Positions 45,589 to 54,950 of a DNA stretch of 54,950 nt are shown in pieces. Made by a program: the position numbers and the translations under genes. Numbering within the stretch: position 1 is the first letter of the stretch; the number at the start of each line of letters is the position of its first letter. Source of the DNA: Clostridiales bacterium. Lineage in GTDB: Bacteria > Bacillota > Clostridia > Caldicoprobacterales > UBA3941. The notes under the pieces are model-generated. The model was not told where the DNA came from, ran no database searches, and was given only the letters and a program-made list of their open reading frames with translations. Location: contig JAAYSJ010000089.1 in assembly GCA_012518395.1 (NCBI GenBank), forward strand, positions 1 to 54,950. The letters are read 5' to 3'.

Positions 45589-45704
45589 CTTCACTTCCTT
45601 TATAAGTAGGCTTAAGCATGTAACGAATGGATTCTATTATGAAACCTGTTAGACAATTTTTAGATCAGTTCTTACAACATCTAAATCTTAACAATATATA
45701 TTGT

Positions 45705-46241
45705 TTATTCAACCTTGACATTCCTTGGATTATAGATCCTAAACATTTGAACTAGAGCATTGCTTGGTTCAAATACTAATAAGGATTTTTTACCTTCGTG
45801 GACAAACAAGCCATAATACAGGCCTGCACCCCGATTTAAGAAATAATTAAACTTTTGTTCTATACCCTTACGGTTCAGCACATTTTGAAAACCTTCATCG
45901 CTAATAGGGGCAATTATTTCGAACTCTCTAATATCTGCAGAAAGTAACAACTTCCGTTTATTATTATTAATTATCTTTGCTATATCCAAAATCCCATTAG
46001 TAAAGGTATAATCATATTCTATGCGTTGATTATTTCTCAACGCTAAACATCCAAAAGCGATGCTACCAAATATCAAGGTAGCTATAATTGCAGGGATTGA
46101 AAAGCCCTTATTATAAATTGACATAAAATTCAATAAAGCAATAAACCCAAAGACAATTATGCCAATAAATGATAGTATATATATTAGTGTGCTAAGCCCA
46201 GCGTTAGCCCTGCTTATTGATTCTTCCCGGAAATTATCCAA
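45705..46241 (-). CDS. Hypothetical membrane protein (two transmembrane segments)
   Basis: 178-aa ORF with two N-terminal hydrophobic helices. No recognisable motif. Confidence 0.6.
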   Translation of the reverse strand: MDNFREESISRANAGLSTLIYILSFIGIIVFGFIALLNFMSIYNKGFSIPAIIATLIFGSIAFGCLALRNNQRIEYDYTFTNGILDIAKIINNNKRKLLLSADIREFEIIAPISDEGFQNVLNRKGIEQKFNYFLNRGAGLYYGLFVHEGKKSLLVFEPSNALVQMFRIYNPRNVKVE

Positions 46242-46453
46242 AATAATCAGCCCCCAGATTTTTATTCATCCAATACAAAGGTTTCCCCATATGACTTACG
46301 AACATATCCTATACTATTCTAGCATGTTTTCCTTAATAGTAAAACCCATAGGTAAAAAGCCCGACCCTGCCTAAAATGGCCAACTATTTTCATATTAAAG
46401 AAGGAATTTTGTATTAAAATGCGAATTATTACTATAGAAAGGGGAGATAGGTA

Positions 46454-48151
46454 ATGTTTTGCCCATCATGCAATAGAAGAAATCAGTTCTTTTCTAATTA
46501 TTGCTATCATTGTGGTTATAGATTAAAGGGTCCTGCCGTCCCCGATAAGACCACACTATCTGAAGCTGATGATAATCAAAGGGAGGGTCAAATCTTTAAA
46601 GGCTATAGACCTGATCAAACAGAAAAGACCCCAATGCTAATTGGGGAAGCCCTTGTGGACGCCAAAGATCTCCAGGACATAGTTGAAATTTCAGACATTA
46701 CTCAGGATGTCACAGATGGGGTCGATAAGAATCATGCTGATTCTTATCCTGATGATGAATATAGCCCCCAATGGGAAGATAGTCAATATAGTGATTTCCC
46801 CGAAGATCATTCCTTTTATCAGGATAATAAATATTTGAGTGTCGAGCCGAAAGGTAGCTTGGATTTGAATCCGCCGATGCCTTTACGCCGCTATCAAAAA
46901 AACAAAGCCCCTACAAGATCAAATATTCTTTCCAAGATAATACTAACCATATCCATTATAGTGCTTATAGGTTTAGTTGTTTTTGTTGCCAATAGGCTTT
47001 TAAGTCACAAACCAAAGGATTATACTGGTTTCGAGGGGTCTATCGTTGTATCTTCTGCAGTTGAGCAAACTATAAAGGACGGGGAGAAAGCATATCGCGT
47101 TGTTCTCCATTCAGATAATGGACAAGAAGCAGAACTATTGGGGGAAATTGCTATTTTTGATAATGGACTAGCGGAATTTCTTCTTGAAGAAACTACCTTG
47201 TATTCCCTCTTCCCCCAATTGAATAGCGACGGTCTTTACGAAGTCGTCCTTGATGTAACTATTAGAGCCTCCAACTTGCCGGATGAAATGGAAAGGATTT
47301 CTATAGTCCTACTACCACCTTATCACTATGCGTCATTCACTCTGCTTGAGCCTTCCACTTCAAGTACTGAATTTGATGGTGATAGCACAAAGGTAGTTTT
47401 TAAAATTAATCCTGACTCAACAGTCTACATCAACGACCAGGATTTTACACATTTGGTATCAGGCGATGGCAGGTTTGAAAAGAAGTTTAATCTCACGCCT
47501 CAGCAAGAAGAGCTAGTTTTAGATATCAGGGTAACCGAGCCCGGCTGTCTCGACAATATACAACAACTTATTTTAAGGAGAACAATAGTTGATGTACCCA
47601 TAGCTATAGACCAAGTTTCGCCTATTCTATCCGATGAACAATGGGTCAAGGTCACAGGCGTAACTAATCCTAAAGCAACCATTGATACAGATAGGGAAGT
47701 ATTTGAAGACCCTGTTGTAGACGATACTACGGGAGAGTTTGAAATCTATATTAAGGCCGAATATCCTGGATATACTCCATGTACAATAAAATCAAAGGCC
47801 AATGGGAAAGAATCTTCTGTCGAAATTATACTTGACCGGAAAACAGATGTCGATACGTATACTTCCACTGCCTGGAAACCAGATTATGATCAGCTTCAGG
47901 GTAATGAAAATCTTAATAGCGGCAGGCATTTTGTCTTTGTTGGGGGTATCAAAGATATCATTAAGACAGGCGAGCAAAACATTTTTACTGTCCAGCTTAC
48001 AGATTCCGGGGAAAGCGATCGCCTTTTTTATGTGGAATATTGGGGCAACTTTGATATGGAACCTGGTGAAAAAGTAAAAGTATTTGCAAATCGCTGGGGA
48101 AATAAAGAAGGGATTCCCCGTTTCTTAGCAAAATACATATATAGACCCTAG
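46454..48151 (+). CDS. Zinc-ribbon-domain membrane protein with a large extracytoplasmic domain
   Basis: Contains an N-terminal zinc ribbon (CPSCNRRNQFFSNYCYHCG), an acidic linker, one transmembrane segment (ILTISIIVLIGLVVFV) and a roughly 380-aa C-terminal domain. The ATG follows AGGGGAGA. Confidence 0.7.
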   Translation: MFCPSCNRRNQFFSNYCYHCGYRLKGPAVPDKTTLSEADDNQREGQIFKGYRPDQTEKTPMLIGEALVDAKDLQDIVEISDITQDVTDGVDKNHADSYPDDEYSPQWEDSQYSDFPEDHSFYQDNKYLSVEPKGSLDLNPPMPLRRYQKNKAPTRSNILSKIILTISIIVLIGLVVFVANRLLSHKPKDYTGFEGSIVVSSAVEQTIKDGEKAYRVVLHSDNGQEAELLGEIAIFDNGLAEFLLEETTLYSLFPQLNSDGLYEVVLDVTIRASNLPDEMERISIVLLPPYHYASFTLLEPSTSSTEFDGDSTKVVFKINPDSTVYINDQDFTHLVSGDGRFEKKFNLTPQQEELVLDIRVTEPGCLDNIQQLILRRTIVDVPIAIDQVSPILSDEQWVKVTGVTNPKATIDTDREVFEDPVVDDTTGEFEIYIKAEYPGYTPCTIKSKANGKESSVEIILDRKTDVDTYTSTAWKPDYDQLQGNENLNSGRHFVFVGGIKDIIKTGEQNIFTVQLTDSGESDRLFYVEYWGNFDMEPGEKVKVFANRWGNKEGIPRFLAKYIYRP

Positions 48152-48185
48152 GTTTAAACAAACATTAAAAATAGAGCAAAGGGAA

Positions 48186-48204
48186 AACCGGGCATAGCCC
48201 GGTT
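48186..48204. terminator. Bidirectional terminator hairpin between convergent genes
   Basis: AACCGGGC-ATA-GCCCGGTT, with A-rich sequence upstream and T-rich sequence downstream. It sits between the stops at 48151 and 48209. Confidence 0.7.
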
Positions 48205-48208
48205 ATAT

Positions 48209-49396
48209 TTAATCCTGTAATTGTTGGAGTTTTACAGGTGCGACAAATTCTTTTCCATCACGCCACACAGTAAATCTAACCAAATCACCAACCTGGAATT
48301 TATTAATCTCATCCTTTAGTTGATCAATGGTCTCCACCTTTATATCTTCCACCCCAATGATTATATCCCTAGGTATAAGACCTGCCTTATCCGCAGCACC
48401 ACCGGAAAATATTTTAACAATAGCTACTCCCTTTGGAAAACCATAATCTTTTGCTATTTCATCCGTTACCTCTTGTATTTGTATGCCCAATCCCGGTCTT
48501 TCAACTATCCCTTTTTCTATCAATTGCTCTACTATAGGCATAAAAACATTGGTGGGTATAGCGAAACCAAGACCTTCTGCAGCTGTCTTTAGGGTGTTCA
48601 TTCCTATAATCTCACCCTCCGAATTCACTAATGCTCCGCCACTATTCCCGGGATTTATAGCTGCATCTGTCTGAATCATAGTATAAGTATACTGGCCAAA
48701 GTTTATATGCCTATCCACTGCACTGACTACTCCTACTGTAACAGTGCCAGCTAAAGTATGTCCCAAGGGATTTCCTATGGCAATTGCTAGTTCGCCTTGA
48801 CGCACCTGATCTGAATCACCCAGTTTCGCTACTGTAAGGTTGCTTTCGTCTATCTTTATAACCGCCACATCAGTAGCAGTGTCCTTACCGATTAGGGTCG
48901 CCTCTACTTCTTTACCGCCCTTTAATACAACTGCTAATTCGCTAGCATCTTCGATTACATGGTTATTAGTTACAATGTATCCATCCTCACTTATAACGAT
49001 GCCAGAGCCATAACCCTCACGATCTTTAGTTGTTGTACCCCAAAATGGATCTATTTGTTCTACTGTAATCCTATTAGTGATACCTACAATAGCAGGGCCA
49101 ACCTTTTCCGATATTTCTACAACCGGATTATCTGATTTTATAAATAGATCACCCTTTGCCCCCAAAGATGGCAATGTTACAGGTTGACTTTCATTGGGAT
49201 CATTTTCTTTCATTGGCTCTTCAGACTTATCAAAATCGTTACCTGTAATATTTATTTCAGGCTTGTAGAAAGTTGGTGCAATATAATACATTCCAATGGC
49301 GCCTATTAGTAAAAACACTATAGCTATTATAGTGTATTTCCAAACTCCACTTTTTCGTTGATAAGCACTCTCATCAAATTCGTAAAAATTATCCAT
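48209..49396 (-). CDS. htrA: HtrA/DegP-family serine protease (membrane anchored, one PDZ domain)
   Basis: Contains an N-terminal transmembrane segment, the trypsin-like catalytic motifs (TNNHV, DVAVIK, GNSGGAL) and a C-terminal PDZ domain. Confidence 0.9.
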   Translation of the reverse strand: MDNFYEFDESAYQRKSGVWKYTIIAIVFLLIGAIGMYYIAPTFYKPEINITGNDFDKSEEPMKENDPNESQPVTLPSLGAKGDLFIKSDNPVVEISEKVGPAIVGITNRITVEQIDPFWGTTTKDREGYGSGIVISEDGYIVTNNHVIEDASELAVVLKGGKEVEATLIGKDTATDVAVIKIDESNLTVAKLGDSDQVRQGELAIAIGNPLGHTLAGTVTVGVVSAVDRHINFGQYTYTMIQTDAAINPGNSGGALVNSEGEIIGMNTLKTAAEGLGFAIPTNVFMPIVEQLIEKGIVERPGLGIQIQEVTDEIAKDYGFPKGVAIVKIFSGGAADKAGLIPRDIIIGVEDIKVETIDQLKDEINKFQVGDLVRFTVWRDGKEFVAPVKLQQLQD

Positions 49397-49641
49397 TATC
49401 TTTGCCTCCCTTCGCTTGTATAATATTATAAACGGATTATTTTAATAAAATATGAACTAAATGTAAACTTTGAGCAAAAAGAACCCGACCATTATGATCT
49501 ATTCCACAAAATTAACCTTTTGATTATTGATATAATATAAAAGACAAATATAAACGCATTTTACGAACCTTGAGTGAATACCGGTATTTACCATACAAAG
49601 AATTGAATTGGGTAACATATAGCCGCAAAAATAAAGATTAG

Positions 49642-51069
49642 CTATGAATGCGCCTGTAACGAAAAGATAAAAATAGTTCCTTCGCCTACAGTGCTATTTA
49701 CCCATATTTTTTCCCCATGTTCTTCTATTATTCTTTTTACTATGGAAAGACCTAAACCCGTTCCCCGTTCCCCGGCGCTTCGGGATTTGTCAATCTGATA
49801 GAACCTATCCCATATCTTTGCGATTTCTTCGCTGGGAATCCCGGGACCTTCATCCTGAATTTTTACATATACCTTTCCGCGGTTTTCCCAAGTTTTTATA
49901 ACAATTCTACCGCCAAATTTATTAAATTTGATAGCGTTATCCAATAGATTTATTATTACCTGTCTAATCCGATCTACATCAGCATTTACCAAACTTCTCT
50001 CATTTTCAAAATCAATTTTTATTTCCATCTCCTTAGCATTGATTTTGCCTTCCCGGGCTATTAAAAGTCTTCTTATTTGTTCATTTATTTCAAAAGAAGT
50101 AATATTTAGAGCAACTTGCCCCGACTCGATCTGAGATAAATCCAAAAGTTCATTTATTAATTTATTTAGTCTTTCGGTTTCCTCCAGGGCAATAGATAAG
50201 TATTTTTTCTGATCTTCCGGGTCAAAGGTATTATCTAAAATCCCTTGAATATATCCCTTAACGGATGTAAGTGGAGATCTGAGTTCGTGGGATACATTAG
50301 CTACAAAGGTTCGTCTCATACTCTCAACATTTTTTAATGATTCGGCCATTGCATTAAAACTAAGAGCCAACTGGCCGGTTTCATCGTTATTTTTTACCTG
50401 TATTCGCCTATTGTAATTGCCCTTTGCTATTTCTCTTGATACTTCATTCATTTGGCTTAAGGGTTTAGAAATTCTGCGTGAATTCCAGTATAATAGGATA
50501 GCAGAAAATACAGCTGAGAAAAGCACAGCCTTCCATATATCCCCATATAGACCGTAAAGGATCTGGTTAATCCCCTGTACAGGGGTGTGAAAGAAAATCG
50601 CTCCCTTGATCCTTTGATCCAATTTTAGCGGTAAACCTACAGTAAGCATGGGCACCGTAAATCTCTCGCCAAATTTACCTATATATCTTATCTCATTTCC
50701 TTTCAATACATTAATAATTTCGTCTTTTGTAAAAGGGGCAACTTCCTGACTGTTTGAAGCACCTGGCGTATATTGAAATTGCAATAATCCTATATCGCCA
50801 ACGACCCTTACTACCCAAATGCTAGTATTATCATATCTGGTAATTCCTTCGCTGATCAGTTTCATATAATCGTGGGAAACCCAGCCCTTGTCATAAAGAG
50901 AATAGTGCCTGTTAAGCTCCTCAGCCTCTCTTAATAGCTCCTCTTCTGTAGTTCGTATGATATGTTTTTGCAAAGCTTTGGATAAAAAAAGCCCTGCTAT
51001 AACTAAAGTTATCAGTATGATAATAAAATACGCTGCCATTAGGCGGGAGAATAGCGAACGGAACATCAC
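49642..51069 (-). CDS. Sensor histidine kinase (two transmembrane segments, HAMP, HisKA, HATPase_c)
   Basis: Contains the H-box (FVANVSHELRSPLTS), the N-box (LLDNAIKF) and the G-boxes (DEGPGI, GTGLGLSIV). Confidence 0.9.
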   Translation of the reverse strand: MMFRSLFSRLMAAYFIIILITLVIAGLFLSKALQKHIIRTTEEELLREAEELNRHYSLYDKGWVSHDYMKLISEGITRYDNTSIWVVRVVGDIGLLQFQYTPGASNSQEVAPFTKDEIINVLKGNEIRYIGKFGERFTVPMLTVGLPLKLDQRIKGAIFFHTPVQGINQILYGLYGDIWKAVLFSAVFSAILLYWNSRRISKPLSQMNEVSREIAKGNYNRRIQVKNNDETGQLALSFNAMAESLKNVESMRRTFVANVSHELRSPLTSVKGYIQGILDNTFDPEDQKKYLSIALEETERLNKLINELLDLSQIESGQVALNITSFEINEQIRRLLIAREGKINAKEMEIKIDFENERSLVNADVDRIRQVIINLLDNAIKFNKFGGRIVIKTWENRGKVYVKIQDEGPGIPSEEIAKIWDRFYQIDKSRSAGERGTGLGLSIVKRIIEEHGEKIWVNSTVGEGTIFIFSLQAHS

Positions 51070-51773
51070 TTCACCTCAAATTTGTAGCCTACGCCCCACA
51101 CAGTCTTTATAGACCAGGTGTTTTTCTCCGAGGCCAGTTTTTCCCTAAGCCTTTTTATATGAACATCAACCGTCCTGGAATCCCCAAAGAAGTCATAACC
51201 CCAAACCTGCTCCAACAGCTGTTCTCTCGTAAAAACCTTATTGGGATTAGAAGCCAGAAAATAAAGAAGTTCCAGTTCTTTTGGTGGTAAATCCAAAGTT
51301 TTTCCCATAAAAACTGCAGTATAGTCAGTAAAATTAACTGTTAAATTAGGATAGGAAATAATTTTATCTTTTTCCTGTATACCCTTAGTTCTTCTAAGCA
51401 CTGCTTTCACCCTTGCCATGAGCTCCTTGGGATCAAAAGGCTTTACTATATAATCATCAGCACCCAGTTCCAAGCCTAAAACCTTATCAAAGGTTTCCCC
51501 CTTTGCAGTCAGCATAATTATAGGAATTTCACTTAACCTTCTTATATTTTTGCATACCTCCCAGCCATCCATTCCTGGCAGCATTATATCTAATAATACT
51601 AAATTTGGGGGATTTTCTTTAAAAGCTGCCAAACCTGACAATCCATCGCTATAATATTCAGTGATATAGCCTTCCTTATCCAAATAAAGCCTTATCAATT
51701 GTCCTATATTTGGATCGTCATCTATTATCATTATCCTCAAATCTGAATTATTCATATCTATCAACGCCTTCAT
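51066..51773 (-). CDS. OmpR-family response regulator
   Basis: Contains a receiver domain (IMIIDDDPNIG...LLDIMLPGMDG...LTAKG) and a winged-helix output domain (LLEQVWGYDF...VDVHIKRLREKL). The start is uncertain, with candidate ATGs at 51773 and 51755. It overlaps the kinase gene by 4 nt. Confidence 0.88.
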   Translation of the reverse strand: MKALIDMNNSDLRIMIIDDDPNIGQLIRLYLDKEGYITEYYSDGLSGLAAFKENPPNLVLLDIMLPGMDGWEVCKNIRRLSEIPIIMLTAKGETFDKVLGLELGADDYIVKPFDPKELMARVKAVLRRTKGIQEKDKIISYPNLTVNFTDYTAVFMGKTLDLPPKELELLYFLASNPNKVFTREQLLEQVWGYDFFGDSRTVDVHIKRLREKLASEKNTWSIKTVWGVGYKFEVK

Positions 51774-51833
51774 AAAAGTTCCTATTAGGTTATAATTATA
51801 ATTAAAATGGTAGAAATTCAAAAAATTATGCCC

Positions 51834-54206
51834 TTACTTCAATTCAACAATGGTGACCCCCGATTCACCTTCACCAAATTTGCCTAATCTAAAAGATTTT
51901 ACATGGGGATGACTTTTTAAATGTTGGTGCATGCCATTCCTTAATACACCTGTTCCCTTCCCATGAATCAACACCACTTCCTTAAACCCGGCTAGAAATA
52001 CATCATCTAAGTATTTATCTGCGTTCATCAAGGCCTCGTCAAGGCTCTGACCCCTTAAATCCAATTCCATTGCTATTGACCTATTAGCCGTTGATATCTT
52101 CTTTGTCGAAACCTTTTTTAGCTGGGGTTCTTTGTCTACTCTTCTGATATTGGAAATATGAACGTTTATTTTCATAATTCCGACTTGTACCTGAACCTCG
52201 TCACCTTGGTTTGTAACCCCTAACACCAAACCCCTTTGATCCAAGTTTGATATATACACAGTTTCTCCAGGTTTTAGGTCTTTAAGAGGTTCTTCCCTAT
52301 CTTGAGGCTGGATTTTAAGGCCTTCGATAGATCTTTCAACACCGGCAATTGCGGTATGCAACTGATCTTTAAATTCTTTCACAGCCTTTTGCTGTTCAAT
52401 TTGCTGGCCTTGTTGTGCCCGTGTTTTCATTTCACGGATAATTGTATTAGCCTTTTCTTTAGCATCTAACAATATATCCCTGGCTTCCTGTCGAGCCTTA
52501 AGGAGGGTTTTTTGTTCATTCTCTCTAATTTGCTTTTCCCGTTCTGCCAACCTGCCTCTTATCTTTTGTATTTCTTCTGAATAGATTTTTGCCTTAGTCC
52601 GTTCCTCTATAGTCTCTATCCTATTCCTTTCCATATCAGATAAAACGTCTTCGAAACGGAGGCTCTCTTTGCTTATAAATCCCCTTGCACTTTCTATTAT
52701 TTCTTCTCTCAGACCTAAACGCTGTGAAATCTCAAAAGCATTGCTCTTACCAGGGATACCCATTACCAAATGATAGGTAGGCTTTAAAGTCTCTATATCA
52801 AATTCCATAGATGCGTTTACCATGCCTTCTTTAACCGTAGCAAAGACCTTAAGCTCACTATAGTGTGTAGTAGCTATTGTAAGGACATCTTTGCCTCTAA
52901 GAAAATCCAAAATAGCCATAGCTAATGCAGCACCTTCCATTGGATCCGTGCCTGCGCCTAATTCATCAAATAATACTAGGGATCTATCACTGGCTTTATT
53001 AACTATATCGGCAATATGAATCATATGGGAAGAAAAGGTGCTAAGACTTTGTTCAATACTTTGTTCATCGCCAATATCAGCATATACATCCTGAAATATG
53101 CCCATTTCACTGCCGTGATCAGCGGGTATATGAAATCCGGATTGAACCATCAATACGAATAGACCTGCTGTCTTCAGGGTTACGGTCTTGCCTCCGGTGT
53201 TAGGCCCAGTTATGACTAGGGATTTGGATCTATGACCCAGGCTTATAGTAATCGGCACCACCTTGTCTGGTTCGATTAAAGGATGACGGCCATTTTTAAT
53301 GTTAATTGCAGGAGTATCTAGGATTTTAGGACGAAGCCCATTTATAGCTAGACTGAAAGAAGCCTTGGCAAATATCATATCCAATTTTGTCAATATGTTT
53401 AAATTCTTTTGAATGTTATCGTAATGATTCTGCACTATTAAAGTTAAATCTAAAAGGATTTTTTCAATTTCCCGTTGCTCTTCCACCTTGAGACCCCTAA
53501 GCTCATTATTAGCCTCAACAACTGCCATAGGTTCAATAAATAGCGTAGCCCCACTGGAAGACTGATCATGGACCATCCCTGGAACATTACCCCTGCTTTC
53601 TTGCTTTACCGGGATAACAAATCGCCCGCTTCGGACGGTCACTAAAGGTTCCTGTAAAAACTTTTGGTATTGGGGTGAGTTTATAATACTATTTAGTTTT
53701 TCCCTGATCCTCTCATTTGTCCTTTGGATCCGCCTTCTGATGCTTGCAAGTTTGCTACTTGCATAGTCTGATACTTTGTCCTCTGTTTCTATACACCTAA
53801 AAATCTCATCCATTAAGGCTTTCTGCCTATGGATTTGTCCAGCATTATCCAATATCCTGGGAATATTATCAGCATGGGGATATTCAGCTATTTTATCTTT
53901 GAAACGGCCTGATACCTTTAATACTGCGGCTACCTTTAATAATTCCTCCGCGGTCAATACAGAACCAATCTCAGCTTTGCGAAGTACCATCCCTATGTCA
54001 GGAAAATAATCCATTGGGGAAGACCCTAGAAAGACTAGTGCCAAGCATGCCTGGGTTGTGTCATCTAACCAGCCTTCTATCTCTGTAATATGACAAGAAG
54101 GCAGGATCCCCCTAATTAAGGCTTTGCCCATATCGGAGCAGGCATAGTCTGCGATTAGTGATACAATTTTATGATATTCTAATACTCTTAGTGTTCTTTG
54201 ATCTAT
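51834..54206 (-). CDS. mutS2: Endonuclease MutS2 (MutS domains III-V plus a C-terminal Smr domain), with the N-terminus extended beyond the ORF-track ATG
   Basis: Contains Walker A (GPNTGGKT), motif DELGAGTDP, a coiled-coil linker and a C-terminal Smr domain (LDLRGQSL...IHGKGTGVLR). The 25 in-frame codons upstream of the ATG at 54131 read IDQRTLRVLEYHKIVSLIADYACSD, the conserved MutS2 N-terminus. They begin at ATA (54204-54206), 5 nt after GGAGGGG. The result is 790 aa, a typical length. Confidence 0.85.
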   Translation of the reverse strand: MDQRTLRVLEYHKIVSLIADYACSDMGKALIRGILPSCHITEIEGWLDDTTQACLALVFLGSSPMDYFPDIGMVLRKAEIGSVLTAEELLKVAAVLKVSGRFKDKIAEYPHADNIPRILDNAGQIHRQKALMDEIFRCIETEDKVSDYASSKLASIRRRIQRTNERIREKLNSIINSPQYQKFLQEPLVTVRSGRFVIPVKQESRGNVPGMVHDQSSSGATLFIEPMAVVEANNELRGLKVEEQREIEKILLDLTLIVQNHYDNIQKNLNILTKLDMIFAKASFSLAINGLRPKILDTPAINIKNGRHPLIEPDKVVPITISLGHRSKSLVITGPNTGGKTVTLKTAGLFVLMVQSGFHIPADHGSEMGIFQDVYADIGDEQSIEQSLSTFSSHMIHIADIVNKASDRSLVLFDELGAGTDPMEGAALAMAILDFLRGKDVLTIATTHYSELKVFATVKEGMVNASMEFDIETLKPTYHLVMGIPGKSNAFEISQRLGLREEIIESARGFISKESLRFEDVLSDMERNRIETIEERTKAKIYSEEIQKIRGRLAEREKQIRENEQKTLLKARQEARDILLDAKEKANTIIREMKTRAQQGQQIEQQKAVKEFKDQLHTAIAGVERSIEGLKIQPQDREEPLKDLKPGETVYISNLDQRGLVLGVTNQGDEVQVQVGIMKINVHISNIRRVDKEPQLKKVSTKKISTANRSIAMELDLRGQSLDEALMNADKYLDDVFLAGFKEVVLIHGKGTGVLRNGMHQHLKSHPHVKSFRLGKFGEGESGVTIVELK

Positions 54207-54301
54207 TGTAACCCCTCCTATAAGTCGCGCTATTATTCTAGTAATATTATTGTTTGCGCTGTTAAAATCCGCAAATAGTTTCTAAGTGTAATTTTCTGCA
54301 C

Positions 54302-54324
54302 AAAAAAAGGTGCATAGCTGCACC
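54302..54324 (-). terminator. Intrinsic terminator of the small upstream gene
   Basis: On the minus strand, GGTGCA-GCTA-TGCACC is followed by T7. Confidence 0.75.
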
Positions 54325-54344
54325 ATAGTGGTATAAGGCAAATG

Positions 54345-54581
54345 CTATTGTTCCCTCCCTTTTACATAGTTTTTAAGTTTGAGATATAAATCAATTAATT
54401 CTGCACCTATTTCAATCTCTTCACTCTTATAATTATTATCCAAGTATCTGCAAAAGTCAATATTATCCCCTGCTATCCGTGATTTTAGTATGGATCTGAG
54501 AATTGCGCATTTTTCTATATTATTCTCTATGCTTTCTATAACCTGGAAGATTTGCCTGTTTTCCACGCTTATTTCCCCCAT
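54345..54581 (-). CDS. Hypothetical protein (78 aa)
   Basis: ORF followed by a clean terminator. Predicted helical and charged. No recognisable motif. Confidence 0.5.
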   Translation of the reverse strand: MGEISVENRQIFQVIESIENNIEKCAILRSILKSRIAGDNIDFCRYLDNNYKSEEIEIGAELIDLYLKLKNYVKGREQ

Positions 54582-54950
54582 TTGTAATAGGATTAATATA
54601 TCTTTGATAATAAAAGCTTCTAATCAGTTGAACAAGATGTCCTAATAGCCCATTTATTAACATTAAGTGAGTAGGATAATCAAGAGCATGGTACTAATAT
54701 TATAAATTCAACACTAAAATTAGAAATCCTCTATTTTCTAATAATTCCCTATAAAATATCCGGAAATTGCCTTCCTTATTATTATATTCATATTATTTCC
54801 AATTATTCATTGATACGATACCGTTTACTACTAGATATATTGTTAGCCTATACCTATCCCTGAACCTTGCTATATATCTTGCATTAAATAACGATTATGC
54901 TGCTCCCATGAAAATAGAATTTTTATAAGCTGCATAATTTTCATTTTACA

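Noticed and set aside
1-54950. CRISPR arrays, tRNA or rRNA genes, prophage or toxin-antitoxin modules.
   Set aside because: No regularly spaced direct repeats were seen. No cloverleaf-like or rRNA-like conserved segments were seen either. No phage structural or integrase genes and no paired small ORFs of toxin-antitoxin type were found in any intergenic gap.

Overview
This is a low-GC chromosomal segment from an endospore-forming Firmicute with Clostridia-like gene order. Nearly everything is on the minus strand. The exceptions are one insertion sequence, two class A penicillin-binding-protein genes and one zinc-ribbon gene.

Contents in window order:
- An IS1182/IS5-like insertion sequence sits at the window edge (1-1864), directly abutting a class A PBP gene.
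- The forespore module follows: spoIIAA-spoIIAB-sigF, then spoVAC-spoVAD-spoVAE.
- Housekeeping genes come next: L25/Ctc, FtsH and a second class A PBP.
- There is an MrfA/MrfB-like (YprA/YprB) helicase-exonuclease pair.
- A polar amino-acid ABC transporter, a lipoate-protein ligase and an uncharacterised P-loop ATPase follow.
- A CadC/CadA-type metal efflux pair is followed by an L,D-transpeptidase.
- A roughly 14 kb accessory block spans 27.5-41.7 kb. It combines a Crp-family regulator, a nucleoside hydrolase and a BMP-family ABC importer with a ROK regulator and a gene set of isomerase, mutarotase-like protein, FGGY kinase, MtlD-like dehydrogenase and class II aldolase.
- The remainder holds an MFS transporter, thiI plus a cysteine desulfurase, membrane proteins, an HtrA protease with an adjacent two-component system, and mutS2.

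No rRNA, tRNA or CRISPR array was seen.

Most notable observations:
- A roughly 200-nt ORF-less relic of a class C group II intron lies immediately after the aldolase-operon terminator.
- Two conserved genes, spoVAE and mutS2, have conserved N-termini that begin at ATA codons behind good Shine-Dalgarno sites. spoVAE is absent from the ORF track, and mutS2 is truncated by 25 codons there.
- The nucleoside-hydrolase plus sugar-catabolism cluster does not match the canonical ribose or deoxyribose routes.
- The junction between the IS end and the PBP gene forms an extended -10 promoter motif.

All product calls rest on motif and family recognition by eye. No database search was run.
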